Positions 19,501 through 29,381 of a stretch of DNA of 64,000 nucleotides are shown piece by piece. Each line of letters opens with the position of its first letter. The first letter of the stretch is position 1. A program made the translations under genes and the position numbers. Under the pieces are notes generated by a model, which saw only the letters and a program-made list of their open reading frames with translations, had not been told where the DNA came from and made no database searches. The stretch is taken from NCBI GenBank assembly GCA_963667705.1, contig OY763937.1, forward strand, positions 1,354,948 to 1,418,947, given 5' to 3'. The DNA is from Alphaproteobacteria bacterium. Lineage in GTDB: Bacteria > Pseudomonadota > Alphaproteobacteria > UBA828.

Positions 19501-19975
19501 GGGCGGCGCTCTCGTTCTGCAGTTCGATGGCGGAGAAGGTCTCCCAGAAGCGGGCGGCGGCGCGGACGAGCACGGTCTCAGCTCAGGGGGGGGGGTGACA
19601 GTTACCCCCAGGATTGCCCTGCGCTGCTCGCATTTCTGCATACGGCACGGGCATGTATCTGGCCTCAATAGGCATTTTCATTCTCGGCAGCGGGCTGCTA
19701 TCCGGGTTGGTCGAGAGACTGACAAAGGGCGGTCGAGCAGCCGATGAACGGGTTATGGCCAGGAGCCGTTTGGCGCCGTCGCCCGGCCGGGCTGACTGCG
19801 CGCTCAGCAGTTGTCGGGGAAAGTGGCCGATGATCATCGTGAGCGTCCGGTTCGAGCCAAGGCGGTTCCACCGCTCGTCACCGCCAGAGGGGCGATTGGG
19901 CTCGGTCTTCCACTCCCTGCGCGCTTCGACATCCCCGGTCCCCTTCCGCGCTTCGGAGCAACAGCGGTGAGGAAG

Positions 19976-20230
19976 ATGGACACTCGGGACGAAATTCAGG
20001 CTGCGCTTGACGCCGTCCTGCCCGAGTTCGTGAAACCCTGCGAGGCGGCCGCCATCCTGCGCGTGAGCACGAAGTCCCTCGAGCGCTACCGGACACATGG
20101 GGGCGGGCCCGCCCACTACATGTTCGGCATTTCCATCGTCTACGCCCTGGCCGACCTCGCCGATTGGGCGGCTGCGCAACGCTATCTCCACACCGGCCAG
20201 TTCCATACCCGCCAGCCGGGCACGCTCTGA
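19976..20230 (+). CDS. Excisionase/AlpA-like HTH (HTH_17) small DNA-binding protein
   Basis: ILRVSTKSLERYRTHGGGPAHYMFGISIVYALADLADWA matches the Xis/MerR-like HTH_17 pattern. GGTGAGGAAG Shine-Dalgarno lies upstream of the ATG. Confidence 0.6.
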   Translation: MDTRDEIQAALDAVLPEFVKPCEAAAILRVSTKSLERYRTHGGGPAHYMFGISIVYALADLADWAAAQRYLHTGQFHTRQPGTL

Positions 20231-20383
20231 TCGGGGTGATGTCGTGTCGGGATCGGTGCCGCCGGGGCAGCTGACGGTTTCGCGTGAATTCCGAATGTCC
20301 GCGCGTCCGAACCGACGCCGGCCCGGGCGCTCCCGCTGCACCGGCCGGCACGCCTGCCCGATCCACCGGTGGAGACCGGGCAG

Positions 20384-21061
20384 ATGAACATGATCGAAGC
20401 CGAGTTCCTGGACGCCATCTCGGCCTGGCTCACGCGCTCCGCAGTGGGCGACAGGAGGCTCGGCGAGCTCGCGCTCGACGATCCTGAGTTCGTCCCCGAC
20501 CTGAATGATGGTGCTTCGCCGGGTCTCGACGCGGTCGACCAAGTGCTCCGCTTCATGGACATTGCCCCCATCGGTCCGAGGTTCCGGCGGGAGGTCGAGG
20601 CATTCCTCATCGTCACCAGGACCGAGCCCGCCCTGCTCGGGACCAGAGCGATCGGAAAATCCTCGTTCGTGGGGGAGCTCCGAAGCGGAGCGTCGCCGAC
20701 GCTCGACAGCGTCGCTCGGGTGAGGTCCTGGATGCACGGCGCTGCCGATGATTTCCATCGCACCGGTATCGCGTGGCTGCTCGCAAGTGATGTCACGGTC
20801 CCGCCCTACGGGCTTGGCGCAGCGTTCCCGCCGTGGACCGATGACGACGAGCAGATCCCGAAGATTGATGAGGGGACCTTTCTCACCCCGCGCGAAGCGG
20901 CGAACGTCGTCGGGCTCTCACCCGCAGCGCTCCAGAGCTACCGGATCTCCGGCGACGGACCGGCGTTCCATAAGTTCGGGCGCCGGGTGTTGTACGCGCG
21001 CTTCGATCTCGACGTGTGGGCGAAAGCGAGGTTCGGGCAAAGATTGCTCAGCGCCGTCTGA
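20384..21061 (+). CDS. Hypothetical protein with duplicated N-terminal module and C-terminal excisionase-like HTH
   Basis: Two related about 50-aa modules (PEFVPDLNDGASPGLDAVDQVLRFMD and SSFVGELRSGASPTLDSVARVRSWMH). C-terminal LTPREAANVVGLSPAALQSYRISGDGPAFHKFGRRVLYARFDLDVWA. Confidence 0.6.
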   Translation: MNMIEAEFLDAISAWLTRSAVGDRRLGELALDDPEFVPDLNDGASPGLDAVDQVLRFMDIAPIGPRFRREVEAFLIVTRTEPALLGTRAIGKSSFVGELRSGASPTLDSVARVRSWMHGAADDFHRTGIAWLLASDVTVPPYGLGAAFPPWTDDDEQIPKIDEGTFLTPREAANVVGLSPAALQSYRISGDGPAFHKFGRRVLYARFDLDVWAKARFGQRLLSAV

Positions 21062-21234
21062 CAGCGCATGGCCCCGGTTCATACGCGCATCGAAAGCTGC
21101 CGTGATGAATGCGGACCCCACATCCCGGCCCTGTCCCGGTGCAGCCCGTGCCAGCGCAAACGGCGACGCACGGGTCTCTCAGTCCCCGCCAGCTATCGGC
21201 GCGAGCGGCTGAATCACAACCGGGGTGTGTTCCC

Positions 21235-22116
21235 ATGGCGACGCTAGACGATCTCATCCGACAGGCCGTTCAGTCGCATCTCTCGCGCTCGAAAATGAGC
21301 GAATGGAAACTGAGCGCGTTCGCGGTCGGCGATCCCTCGATCGTTCCGCGTCTCATGGCTGGCGGCTCGATGAGGCTCGACAAGGCCGACCAGTTGCTCT
21401 GCTACATGAACCAGGCGCCCATTGGTCCCGGCTTCGTCACCGAGGTCGAGGCGTTCCTCTCCGACACCGGAATCGAGCACCGCGAATTCGGGTCCATGGC
21501 CGCGGGACAACCCACGTTCGTGACGAAGCTCAGGAGCGGAGCGTCGCCGCGACTTTCCACCGTCGAGCAGGTGCAGGCCTGGATGTGCACCAACAGGAGC
21601 GTGTTCGAGCGCGGGCCTGTCGCACAGGAGCAAGGCGACGGCAGGAAGCCATCGCCTGCCCCCTCCTCCGGCACGGACGAGCACGGAACGCCAGCTGATG
21701 CGCCGGCCGACTCGCCTCCGTCCGACGACGTGCGCCCCCGCGGGACAACGGTTTACACGAAGGACGGTCCCAAGGTGATCCTTACCATCCGCGAGGCCGC
21801 GGCCCTGCTCACACTTTCACCTCGCACGCTGACGCGATATCGGGAGAAAGGTGGAGGCCCTCGCTATCTCGAGATCGCGGGGATGATCCGGTATGCGCGC
21901 GCCGACCTGCTGGAATGGGCGCATGACGGACAGGCGGGCGGGCCGACGCATTCGGAAGCGGCCCGCCCGCCGCCGACGGCGTCCGCGACGGTGTCGCCAC
22001 GGGACAGGAGACGACGCGGGCGCCGAAGGATGGGACTCAATCTTCCGCGCCCTCCCCGGCGTCATCGGTCGCGGTCCGCCGTGCGCCGCTCATCGTGCCT
22101 GCCGTCACACCTGTGA
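21235..22116 (+). CDS. Paralog of the preceding gene (duplicated N-terminal module + excisionase-like HTH); C-terminal extent uncertain
   Basis: SIVPRLMAGGSMRLDKADQLLCYMNQAPIGPGFVTEVEAFL and QPTFVTKLRSGASPRLSTVEQVQAWM mirror the 20384 gene. HTH is LTIREAAALLTLSPRTLTRYREKGGGPRYLEIAGMIRYARADLLEWA. The Arg-rich tail after the HTH may be out-of-frame noise. Confidence 0.55.
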   Translation: MATLDDLIRQAVQSHLSRSKMSEWKLSAFAVGDPSIVPRLMAGGSMRLDKADQLLCYMNQAPIGPGFVTEVEAFLSDTGIEHREFGSMAAGQPTFVTKLRSGASPRLSTVEQVQAWMCTNRSVFERGPVAQEQGDGRKPSPAPSSGTDEHGTPADAPADSPPSDDVRPRGTTVYTKDGPKVILTIREAAALLTLSPRTLTRYREKGGGPRYLEIAGMIRYARADLLEWAHDGQAGGPTHSEAARPPPTASATVSPRDRRRRGRRRMGLNLPRPPRRHRSRSAVRRSSCLPSHL

Positions 22117-22544
22117 GCCCGACCGCGCAGGCATCGCATCCGTGGGCAGAACCGGGCTCTCGCGCACTTGCAGGCGGCGCAACGGCTGGCAGCGGAAATC
22201 GAAGCGGTGAGAAGGCGGCAAGAACCGGCGCATGTCCCGACCATCCGCTGCACGAGCGATTGCGCCGTTCGACCCCTGAACCTTCGCGGCCTTCAACCCG
22301 CAATCATCCTCGAAGCCGCCGCCGCTTCCACGCCATCGAAGCGGAGCGATCCCTGTCCCACAAAGACTCTAGACGAGATGCTGTGAATATAGTGTGCTTT
22401 ATCGTCAGCTTTTTGTGCTTTTTTCGTTTGTTCTTGCCGTCGGAGCGCGATGCGCACCCGCATGGCGCCCGAATCTGGTTCCACACCGCCGGACGGCGCC
22501 GCTTGGCGAGCCGGCTCCAGTCCAGGCTCGGGAGAAGGAGGCCG

Positions 22545-24905
22545 ATGAACGGTACCGACCAGACGCATTCCGAGCTCAAGGCGCTCAGGGAGCGACTCTC
22601 CTCGCTCAGCGCCGCCATCCTGCGCATCAACGCGAGCCTCGACCTCACCACCGTTCTCCAGGAGGTCGTCGATACCGCCCGCGCGCTCACCACCGCGCGC
22701 TACGGCGTCATCGCCACTGTCGACGAAGCCGGCGATGTGCGCGAGTTCGTCACCTCGGGCTTCACCGATGAAGAGCACCTGCAGATGGCGCAGTGGTCCG
22801 ACGGGCCGCGGCTCTTCGAACACTTCCGCGACCTTCCGGGACCGCTGCGGCTCGCGGACCTCCCGGACTACGTCGGCAAGCTCGGCTTCTCCGCCGCCCT
22901 CATGCGCTCGAGGACCTTTCAGGGTACGCCGATGCGCCACCGGGGCGTGCACGTCGGCAACTTCTTCCTTGCCGAAAAGGGGGGCGCGCCGGCGTTCACG
23001 GACGAGGACGAGGAGGTGCTCATTCTCTTCGCTTCGCAGGCTGCGGCCGCGATCGCCAACGCGCGCACCCACCGAGAAGAGCAGCGCACGCGGGCCGACC
23101 TCGAAGTCCTCATCGAGACCTCGCCGGTCGGCGTCGTGGTGTTCGATGTCCGAACCGGCCGCCCGGTATCGCTCAACCGCGAGGCGCGACGCATCGTCGA
23201 AGGTCTGCGCACGGCGGGTCGCCCGGCGGAGGAGCTGCTGGAGGTGGCCTCCTTCCGCCGGGCCGACGGCCGCGAGGTTTCCTTGAGCGAGTTCCCCATC
23301 GCGCAACAGCTCGGCACCGGCGAGACGGTGCGCGCCGAGGAGGTCGTGCTCTCGGTGCCGGACGGGCGCAGCGTCCGGACGCTCATCAACGCCACGCCCA
23401 TCCCTGCCGACGGCGGCGGCATCAGCTCGGTGGTGGTCACCATGCAGGACCTCGCGCCGCTCGAGGCACTCGAACGGCAGCGCGCGGAGTTCCTCGGCAT
23501 GGTGAGCCACGAGCTGCGCGCACCCCTCGCCGCCATCAAGGGTTCGACCGCGACGCTGCTTGAGGACTCGGCTGACCTCGACGCTGCCGAGATGCACGAG
23601 TTCCACCGCATCATTCACGAACAGGCCGGGCACATGCGCGGCCTGATCGGCGCCCTGCTCGATGCGGGGCGCATCGAGGCGGGCACCCTTTCGGTCGCGC
23701 CGGAGCCGTCCAGGCTCGCCGCACTGGTGGACCGGGCCCGCAGCACGTTTCTCTCGGGCGGCGGCCGCCACACCGTTCAGATCGGCCTGCCGCCGGACCT
23801 TCCGAGCGTGATGGCCGACCGCAAGCGCATCGTCCAGGTGCTGAGCAACCTGCTCTCGAACGCCGCGCGGCACAGTCCGAAATCCTCTCCCATCCGCGTG
23901 GAGGCGGCGCGTGACGGAATGCACGTCGCGGTCTCGGTTTGTGACCAGGGCCGGGGGGTACCGCCCGAAATGCTGGGACAGCTCTTTCGCAAGCACGTCG
24001 CGCTCGCCGGGAGCGTCGCCGAAGGTGGGACCGCGGCGACAGGGCTCGGACTTGCGATCTGCAAGGGGCTTGTGGAGGCGCACGGAGGCCGCATCCGGGC
24101 CGAGAGCGCGGGTCCGGGGCAAGGCGCGCAGTTCACTTTCACGCTCCCGGTGGCCGAGGGTGAGGACGCGGGCGCCAGCGCCCGGTCCTCTCCGGGCCGC
24201 ACGCGTCCGCGCGGCACGGATCGGGAGAGGCCACGCGTCCTCGTCGTGGACGATGACCCGCAGACGCTGCGCTACGTGCGAGACGCGCTCACCGGAGCCG
24301 GCTACACCGTGCTGGTCACAGCCGAGCCCGGCGAGATCGCCGGCATCATCCGCGGCGAGAAGCCCCAGCTGGTCCTGCTCGACCTCATGCTGCCCGGCGC
24401 CGACGGCATCGAGCTGATGGCCAGGGTCCCGGAGCTCTCCGATCTGCCGGTCATCTTCATATCGGGCTACGGCCGCGACGAGACCATCGCGTGCGCCTTC
24501 GAGGCCGGCGCCGTCGACTACATCGTCAAGCCTTTCTCTCCGACGGAGCTCACCGCGCGCGTCGGAGCGGCGCTACGCAGCCGCATGGGCTCCGAGCCGT
24601 TCGTGCTCGGCGCCCTCGCCATCGACTACGAGCGGCGCCGGGTGAGCGTGGACGGGCGCACAGTCTCCCTCACCGCCACCGAGTACGAGCTGCTGCGCAT
24701 CCTCTCCGTCAACGCCGGACGGGTGGTGACGTCGGAGTCGTTGCTGCGCCAGGTGTGGGGCAACCGTGACCCCAGCGACTCCGAGCCGGTGCGGGCATTC
24801 GTAAAGAAGCTTCGCGCCAAGCTTGGCGACGACGCGGTGAACCCCTCCTATATCGTCAACGAGCGCGGCGTCGGCTACCGGATGGCGAGTTTGGGAGAGG
24901 AATGA
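22545..24905 (+). CDS. Hybrid sensor histidine kinase/response regulator with GAF, PAS, HisKA, HATPase_c, REC and C-terminal OmpR-type winged-helix DNA-binding domain
   Basis: GGAGAAGGAGG Shine-Dalgarno before ATG 22545. H-box SHELRAPLAAIKG. ATPase G-boxes are present. REC is VLVVDDDPQTLRYV...LLDLMLPGADG. The C-terminal trans_reg_C block is LTATEYELLRILS...VRAFVKKLRAKLGDD...YIVNERGVGYRM. An AT-rich promoter-like stretch lies upstream. Confidence 0.85.
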   Translation: MNGTDQTHSELKALRERLSSLSAAILRINASLDLTTVLQEVVDTARALTTARYGVIATVDEAGDVREFVTSGFTDEEHLQMAQWSDGPRLFEHFRDLPGPLRLADLPDYVGKLGFSAALMRSRTFQGTPMRHRGVHVGNFFLAEKGGAPAFTDEDEEVLILFASQAAAAIANARTHREEQRTRADLEVLIETSPVGVVVFDVRTGRPVSLNREARRIVEGLRTAGRPAEELLEVASFRRADGREVSLSEFPIAQQLGTGETVRAEEVVLSVPDGRSVRTLINATPIPADGGGISSVVVTMQDLAPLEALERQRAEFLGMVSHELRAPLAAIKGSTATLLEDSADLDAAEMHEFHRIIHEQAGHMRGLIGALLDAGRIEAGTLSVAPEPSRLAALVDRARSTFLSGGGRHTVQIGLPPDLPSVMADRKRIVQVLSNLLSNAARHSPKSSPIRVEAARDGMHVAVSVCDQGRGVPPEMLGQLFRKHVALAGSVAEGGTAATGLGLAICKGLVEAHGGRIRAESAGPGQGAQFTFTLPVAEGEDAGASARSSPGRTRPRGTDRERPRVLVVDDDPQTLRYVRDALTGAGYTVLVTAEPGEIAGIIRGEKPQLVLLDLMLPGADGIELMARVPELSDLPVIFISGYGRDETIACAFEAGAVDYIVKPFSPTELTARVGAALRSRMGSEPFVLGALAIDYERRRVSVDGRTVSLTATEYELLRILSVNAGRVVTSESLLRQVWGNRDPSDSEPVRAFVKKLRAKLGDDAVNPSYIVNERGVGYRMASLGEE

Positions 24906-25351
24906 CGGCCTGCCCTCTGCGCTCAATGCGAGGTGCGAATACGGCTTTGCGCGTCGCGGCAGCACACCGGTCCCGCCGCGCTCTGCGGAAACCGGAAACT
25001 CTTCGATGCCGCAGCGGCCGGCAACGGCCTGCTGTTCCGATTGGCGTCCGGCGTCCGGTTGCCTTACCGGCTACGCGCTCAGCCGGAATTCGGCCTGGCC
25101 CGCGACCTCGACTGACGGGGCAACACGAACTGCCGGGACAGCGGCGGGCATCAGCCGTCGGAGGCAAGCCTCGACACGCGGCAGCTCCTCCTCGCCGGGT
25201 CCCGTGATTTCCCGGGATGGGAGGTCGCCCCGGGCCGCCGGGCCCGGGCCCGTCTGGCGAGCCACCCTCGTATGCGCCGCGACGCTGGCTGTAGCGGTTC
25301 GCCCCTGGGTTAGTATGGACGCGGAATCGTCATCTGCTTGGGGTATGGACG

Positions 25352-26608
25352 ATGGTGGATGCGTTGGGGGCTGTCGCCAGTCTCGTCAAGCCGGCCGCCA
25401 TGCAGGCGCTGCTCGCCTGGGAGCGGCTCGAATCCGGCGTTGCCTACAATCCCGTCTCCGACGAGGCCGCGCGAGACCCCTACGCGGTCTATCGCAGGAT
25501 CAGGGACAGGGATCCCGTCCACCGCATGAGGCTGGTCGATGCCTGGGTCCTGGCCCGTTACGAGGACGCGGACGCCATGCTCCGCGACCACGCACGCTTC
25601 TCCAACGAGGACCGCCGCTTCCACGATACCGGGCTGACCACCCTGCTGGACATCGACCCGCCGGACCACACGCGGCTGCGCGCGCTCGTCTCCCGGGCGT
25701 TCACGCCGCGCTCGGTGAGGAGCTGGCACGGGCGCGTACAGGCGATCTCCGACCGGCTTCTGGACGCGGTCGCCGGCCAGGATCGTTTCGACCTGATCGC
25801 CGCCCTCGGCTACCCGCTGCCGGTGACCGTGATCGCCGAGATGCTGGGGGTGCCGGCGGAGGACATGGACCGCTTCGAGGGCTGGTCCAACGACATCGCG
25901 CTCATCGTGGAGCCCATTCTCTCGCCCGCGCAGGTCGAGGGCGTGCGGCGTGCGACAGAAGAGTTGTTCGCCTATTTCGAGACCATCGTGGAGGCGCGGC
26001 AGCGCGAGCCCCGGGACGATATCGTCAGCGCCCTGCTGGCGGCAGCGGAGGAAGGCGACAAGCTGACCCGCGAGGAGCTGTTGTCCACCATGCTGCTGAT
26101 CCTGGTGGCGGGCAACGAGACGACGCGCAATCTGATCGGCAACGGCATGCTGGCCCTGCTCCGTCATTCCGACCAGTTGCAGCGCCTGCGCGACGAGCCC
26201 GGCCTGCTGGAGCCGGCCGTCGACGAACTGCTGCGCTACGACAGCCCCGTCCAGCTCGACGGGCGCGTCCTCCGCGAAGACCTGGAGATGGGCGGCAAGC
26301 GCCTGCGAGCGGGCGAGAAGGTGATTGCCCTCCTCGGCGCGGCGAACCGGGACCCTGACGCGTTCCAGAACCCCGACGCGCTGGACATCGGGCGCAAGGA
26401 GAAGAGCCATCTTTCCTTCGGCCGGGGCATCCACTACTGCCTCGGCGCCTCGCTCGCGGTTCTGGAGGCGCGTATCGCGTTCCAGGGCCTGCTCGATCGT
26501 TTCCCGTCGATCCGCCTGGCGGCCGAGCCCCGGTACCGGGACGGCATCGTCCTCCGCGGCGTCGAGAACTTGTGGATCGAGGTCGAGCAGCGCGTCCGCC
26601 CCGCCTGA
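25352..26608 (+). CDS. Cytochrome P450
   Basis: Heme-binding loop FGRGIHYCLGASLA, ExxR (ELLRYD), and an AGNETT-like I-helix (VAGNETT). Confidence 0.85.
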   Translation: MVDALGAVASLVKPAAMQALLAWERLESGVAYNPVSDEAARDPYAVYRRIRDRDPVHRMRLVDAWVLARYEDADAMLRDHARFSNEDRRFHDTGLTTLLDIDPPDHTRLRALVSRAFTPRSVRSWHGRVQAISDRLLDAVAGQDRFDLIAALGYPLPVTVIAEMLGVPAEDMDRFEGWSNDIALIVEPILSPAQVEGVRRATEELFAYFETIVEARQREPRDDIVSALLAAAEEGDKLTREELLSTMLLILVAGNETTRNLIGNGMLALLRHSDQLQRLRDEPGLLEPAVDELLRYDSPVQLDGRVLREDLEMGGKRLRAGEKVIALLGAANRDPDAFQNPDALDIGRKEKSHLSFGRGIHYCLGASLAVLEARIAFQGLLDRFPSIRLAAEPRYRDGIVLRGVENLWIEVEQRVRPA

Positions 26609-26979
26609 ACCGGACACCGGGAGCCCTCAACACACCCCCCATCCGGCCAAAGGCAAGCCCCGGACGCGCCGCGCCGGCTCTATTGCATCGCCACGACTCG
26701 CGCCAGGCAGACCTTCGTGCTCGCGCGCTTCGACGGGCCGCGCCGAATACGGGGCGGGCCGATCGACCATGCGTCGGTGGCCCATCGCGGACAGGCTGCG
26801 CTACCGCCCGCGTCCCCGGAACCGTTGTACCGCCATGTGCGCCCCAGCCTGGAAGAGGTAGACTTGGGCTTCGCCGGTCGCCGGAGCGATTGGCACCCGA
26901 TCCACCGCGCCATCGCCGCACTCTCGCCCGGCGGTCCACTAGCGACGCGCATCACGGATCGGGGCATACGGGTGATCTC

Positions 26980-28338
26980 ATGGACATCCAGGACCTAATC
27001 ATCGACGACCGGAAGCGCGGGGTCTTCAGGGTCCATCGGTCGTGCATGACTTCCTCCGATTTGTTCCAGCGGGAACGCGAACTGATCTTCAATCGATGCT
27101 GGATCTACCTGGGACACGAATCGGAGGTGGAAAGGCCCGGAGACTACCGCCGCCGCACGATCGCTGGCCGGCCGCTCTTCTTTGTTCGCGGCAAGGACGG
27201 TCGGATACGGGTGTTCCTCAATACCTGCCCGCACCGGGGTGCCATGATATGCCGCCGCGATGCCGGGAATGCCCAAGTTCTGCGGTGCTTCTATCACGCC
27301 TGGACTTTCAACACCTGCGGCGAGCTGATCGGCGTTCCCAGAAGAGAGGCCTATGGCCCCGACTTCGACCCGAGCGAACTCGGCCTTAAAGAACCGCCCC
27401 GGGTGGACAGCTACCGGGGCTTCTACTTCGTGAGCTTCAACGCGCAGGGCGAAGACCTGGTCACCTACCTGGCGGGGGCCAGAGACTACCTCGACCTGGT
27501 CGTCGACCAGGCCGAGGAAGGTATGCGGGTGATTCCCGGTTCCAGCAAGTACGCCATGAAGGCCAACTGGAAGCTGCTGGCCGAGAACAGTCTCGATGGA
27601 TACCACCTGATCCCGACACATCGGACCTACGTAGACTACATGACCGGTCTCGGGACGGACGACAGCGGGGACACGCTGGCCGCCCGTCCCCCCGGCGCAG
27701 GGAAGGCCCTGGGCAAGGGCCACTGCGTGTCGGAGAACATAGCCAGAAACGGCCGTCCCATCGCCCGCTGGCACCCGATATTCGGCGAGGAGGCCAGGGA
27801 GCGCATAGCGCGCGTGCGCGAGCGCTTGGTGCAGAAATACGGAGAAGAGCGCGCCTACCGGATGGCCGACACCTCTCGAAATCTGCTCATCTATCCGAAC
27901 CTGCTGATCATGGACTTCGTGGCTATCAGCATCAGGTATATCGAGCCCCTGTCACCGGACAGAATGGAGGTCACGGCCTGGCATCTCGTGCCCAGAGAGG
28001 AATCGGGCGCGGTGCTGGCCGCCCGACTCGACAGCTACCTGACCTTCCTCGGACCGGGCGGCTTTGCCACACCGGATGACGTGGAAGCGCTGGAATCCTG
28101 CCAGGCCGGCTTCCGCGCTACCGAAGCCGAGTGGTCCGACATTTCGAGAGGCATGCTGACGCCCTCTCCAGGAACGGCAGATGAGCTCCAGATGCGGGGA
28201 TTCTGGCGGCAGTGGCACGCGAACATGCAGGGCCTGAATACGACCGACGTACAGGATGGGCAGCCCGGAACATCGCAACCCGCAGCGGCTTCTTCGGAAG
28301 CTGACGACCCTGGGCACTGTCGGACCGGCGAGCGATGA
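26980..28338 (+). CDS. Rieske non-heme iron ring-hydroxylating oxygenase, alpha subunit
   Basis: Rieske motif CPHRG...CFYHAW. Mononuclear iron ligands are in DGYHLIPTHRTY. Confidence 0.85.
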   Translation: MDIQDLIIDDRKRGVFRVHRSCMTSSDLFQRERELIFNRCWIYLGHESEVERPGDYRRRTIAGRPLFFVRGKDGRIRVFLNTCPHRGAMICRRDAGNAQVLRCFYHAWTFNTCGELIGVPRREAYGPDFDPSELGLKEPPRVDSYRGFYFVSFNAQGEDLVTYLAGARDYLDLVVDQAEEGMRVIPGSSKYAMKANWKLLAENSLDGYHLIPTHRTYVDYMTGLGTDDSGDTLAARPPGAGKALGKGHCVSENIARNGRPIARWHPIFGEEARERIARVRERLVQKYGEERAYRMADTSRNLLIYPNLLIMDFVAISIRYIEPLSPDRMEVTAWHLVPREESGAVLAARLDSYLTFLGPGGFATPDDVEALESCQAGFRATEAEWSDISRGMLTPSPGTADELQMRGFWRQWHANMQGLNTTDVQDGQPGTSQPAAASSEADDPGHCRTGER

Positions 28339-28829
28339 CGGCCGACAGCAGATGCGCGTTGCGGGCGACGGTCGAGGAATTCCTGTTCAGGGAAGCGGCA
28401 CTTCTGGATGAATGGAGGCTGGAGGAGTGGGTTGATCTGTTTACGGACGACGCCCGGTATGTGGTTCCCTCCACGGATTTGCCGGAAGGGGACCCCGGGC
28501 GCGATCTGGTGTTCATCGACGACGATATCATCCGTTTGCGCGCCCGGGCGGCGCGCTTGAACAGCCGCTATTCCCACCGCGAGCGCCCGCGGTCGCGAAC
28601 CCGCCGCTTCGTTTCCAACGTGCGCGTCGAAGAAACCGACGAGGGACACCTGTCGGTCTCCGCAAACGTCCTCGTCTACCGCTTCCGCAGCGGCGAGGGA
28701 GCGCCCTACGTCGGCGCCATTGAGTACGTCCTGAGGAAGGACGGCGGCGACCTGAGGATAGCGTATCGCCGCGCGGTGCTGGATCTGGAGGACCTCTCCT
28801 GGCACGGTGCGGTGAGCATCATCTTTTGA
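28335..28829 (+). CDS. Ring-hydroxylating oxygenase beta subunit (NTF2/SnoaL-like)
   Basis: ATGA overlap with the alpha subunit. EEFLFREAALLDEWRLEEWVDLFTDDARYVVP is the beta-subunit signature. Confidence 0.8.
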   Translation: MTADSRCALRATVEEFLFREAALLDEWRLEEWVDLFTDDARYVVPSTDLPEGDPGRDLVFIDDDIIRLRARAARLNSRYSHRERPRSRTRRFVSNVRVEETDEGHLSVSANVLVYRFRSGEGAPYVGAIEYVLRKDGGDLRIAYRRAVLDLEDLSWHGAVSIIF

Positions 28830-29108
28830 TGTCCCGTCAAGTGCGCGACTACCGTTGCGACGAGCCGGTCCACCATCCCCGTGAGCCCGGCTTCGCCGGG
28901 CCGGAGGGCGCGTTCTCCCGGGACCGCGCTTTCGCCGTCGACGATGCAGGCCTGGTGGATATCCGAGCCAGGGCGGATCGCCGCACGAACTGGGCCCCTA
29001 TAAGAAAAGTGCCGAGCACGTATAGGAAATAAATTGTCTGTATCGAGAGATCCGGGTGTAGAGTGGGGCTCTCATTTGGCATTCATCGCACGGACCACGA
29101 GGTGACTC

Positions 29109-29381
29109 ATGGAAGACCTGAAGGTGCGCAAGCTCCGTGAGAAGCTGGGAATCTCCGCCGAGGACCAGAGGGCAGCAGAAGGTAAGGCAATCAGCCCGAA
29201 TCTGCGGCAGAAGATCCCGGGCCATCCGGAGACAGGCGGCAATTTCGTCTCGGCGCCGTCCGCGGTGGCGGCAGGCCATCCGGGGACAGGCGGCAATTTC
29301 GTCTCGGCGCCGTCCGTGGTGGCGGCAGGCCATCCGGGATCAGGCGGCAATTTCGTCTCCGCGCCGTCCGTGACCGATTAG
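29109..29381 (+). CDS. Candidate RiPP precursor peptide: leader + 3 tandem 18-aa Cys-free Gly-rich core repeats
   Basis: GAGGTG Shine-Dalgarno before the ATG. Leader MEDLKVRKLREKLGISAEDQRAAEGKAISPNLRQKIP, then GHPETGGNFVSAPSAVAA / GHPGTGGNFVSAPSVVAA / GHPGSGGNFVSAPSVTD. It sits directly upstream of a radical SAM/SPASM gene. Confidence 0.6.
   Translation: MEDLKVRKLREKLGISAEDQRAAEGKAISPNLRQKIPGHPETGGNFVSAPSAVAAGHPGTGGNFVSAPSVVAAGHPGSGGNFVSAPSVTD
29220..29381 (+). repeat. 3 x 54-bp near-perfect tandem direct repeats (coding the core repeats of the precursor)
   Basis: ggccatccgg[a/g]gacaggcggcaatttcgtctcggcgccgtccg[c/t]ggtggcggca repeated with 2-4 mismatches. The third copy ends at the stop codon. 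Confidence 0.85.

Noticed and set aside
19583-20758. 391-aa minus-strand ORF
   Set aside because: Antisense to the three HTH genes. No recognisable motifs. GC-rich bias.
22293-24122. 609-aa minus-strand ORF opposite the hybrid kinase
   Set aside because: Antisense to a gene with H-box, G-boxes, REC and wHTH. Spurious.
26025-26939. 304-aa Arg/Gly-rich minus-strand ORF
   Set aside because: Overlaps the P450 3' end and the Rieske upstream region. Low-complexity.
29109-29381. Considered a CRISPR array or other non-coding repeat locus
   Set aside because: The three 54-bp units are contiguous without spacers, in frame, and inside an ORF with a good Shine-Dalgarno. They are coding repeats rather than CRISPR.
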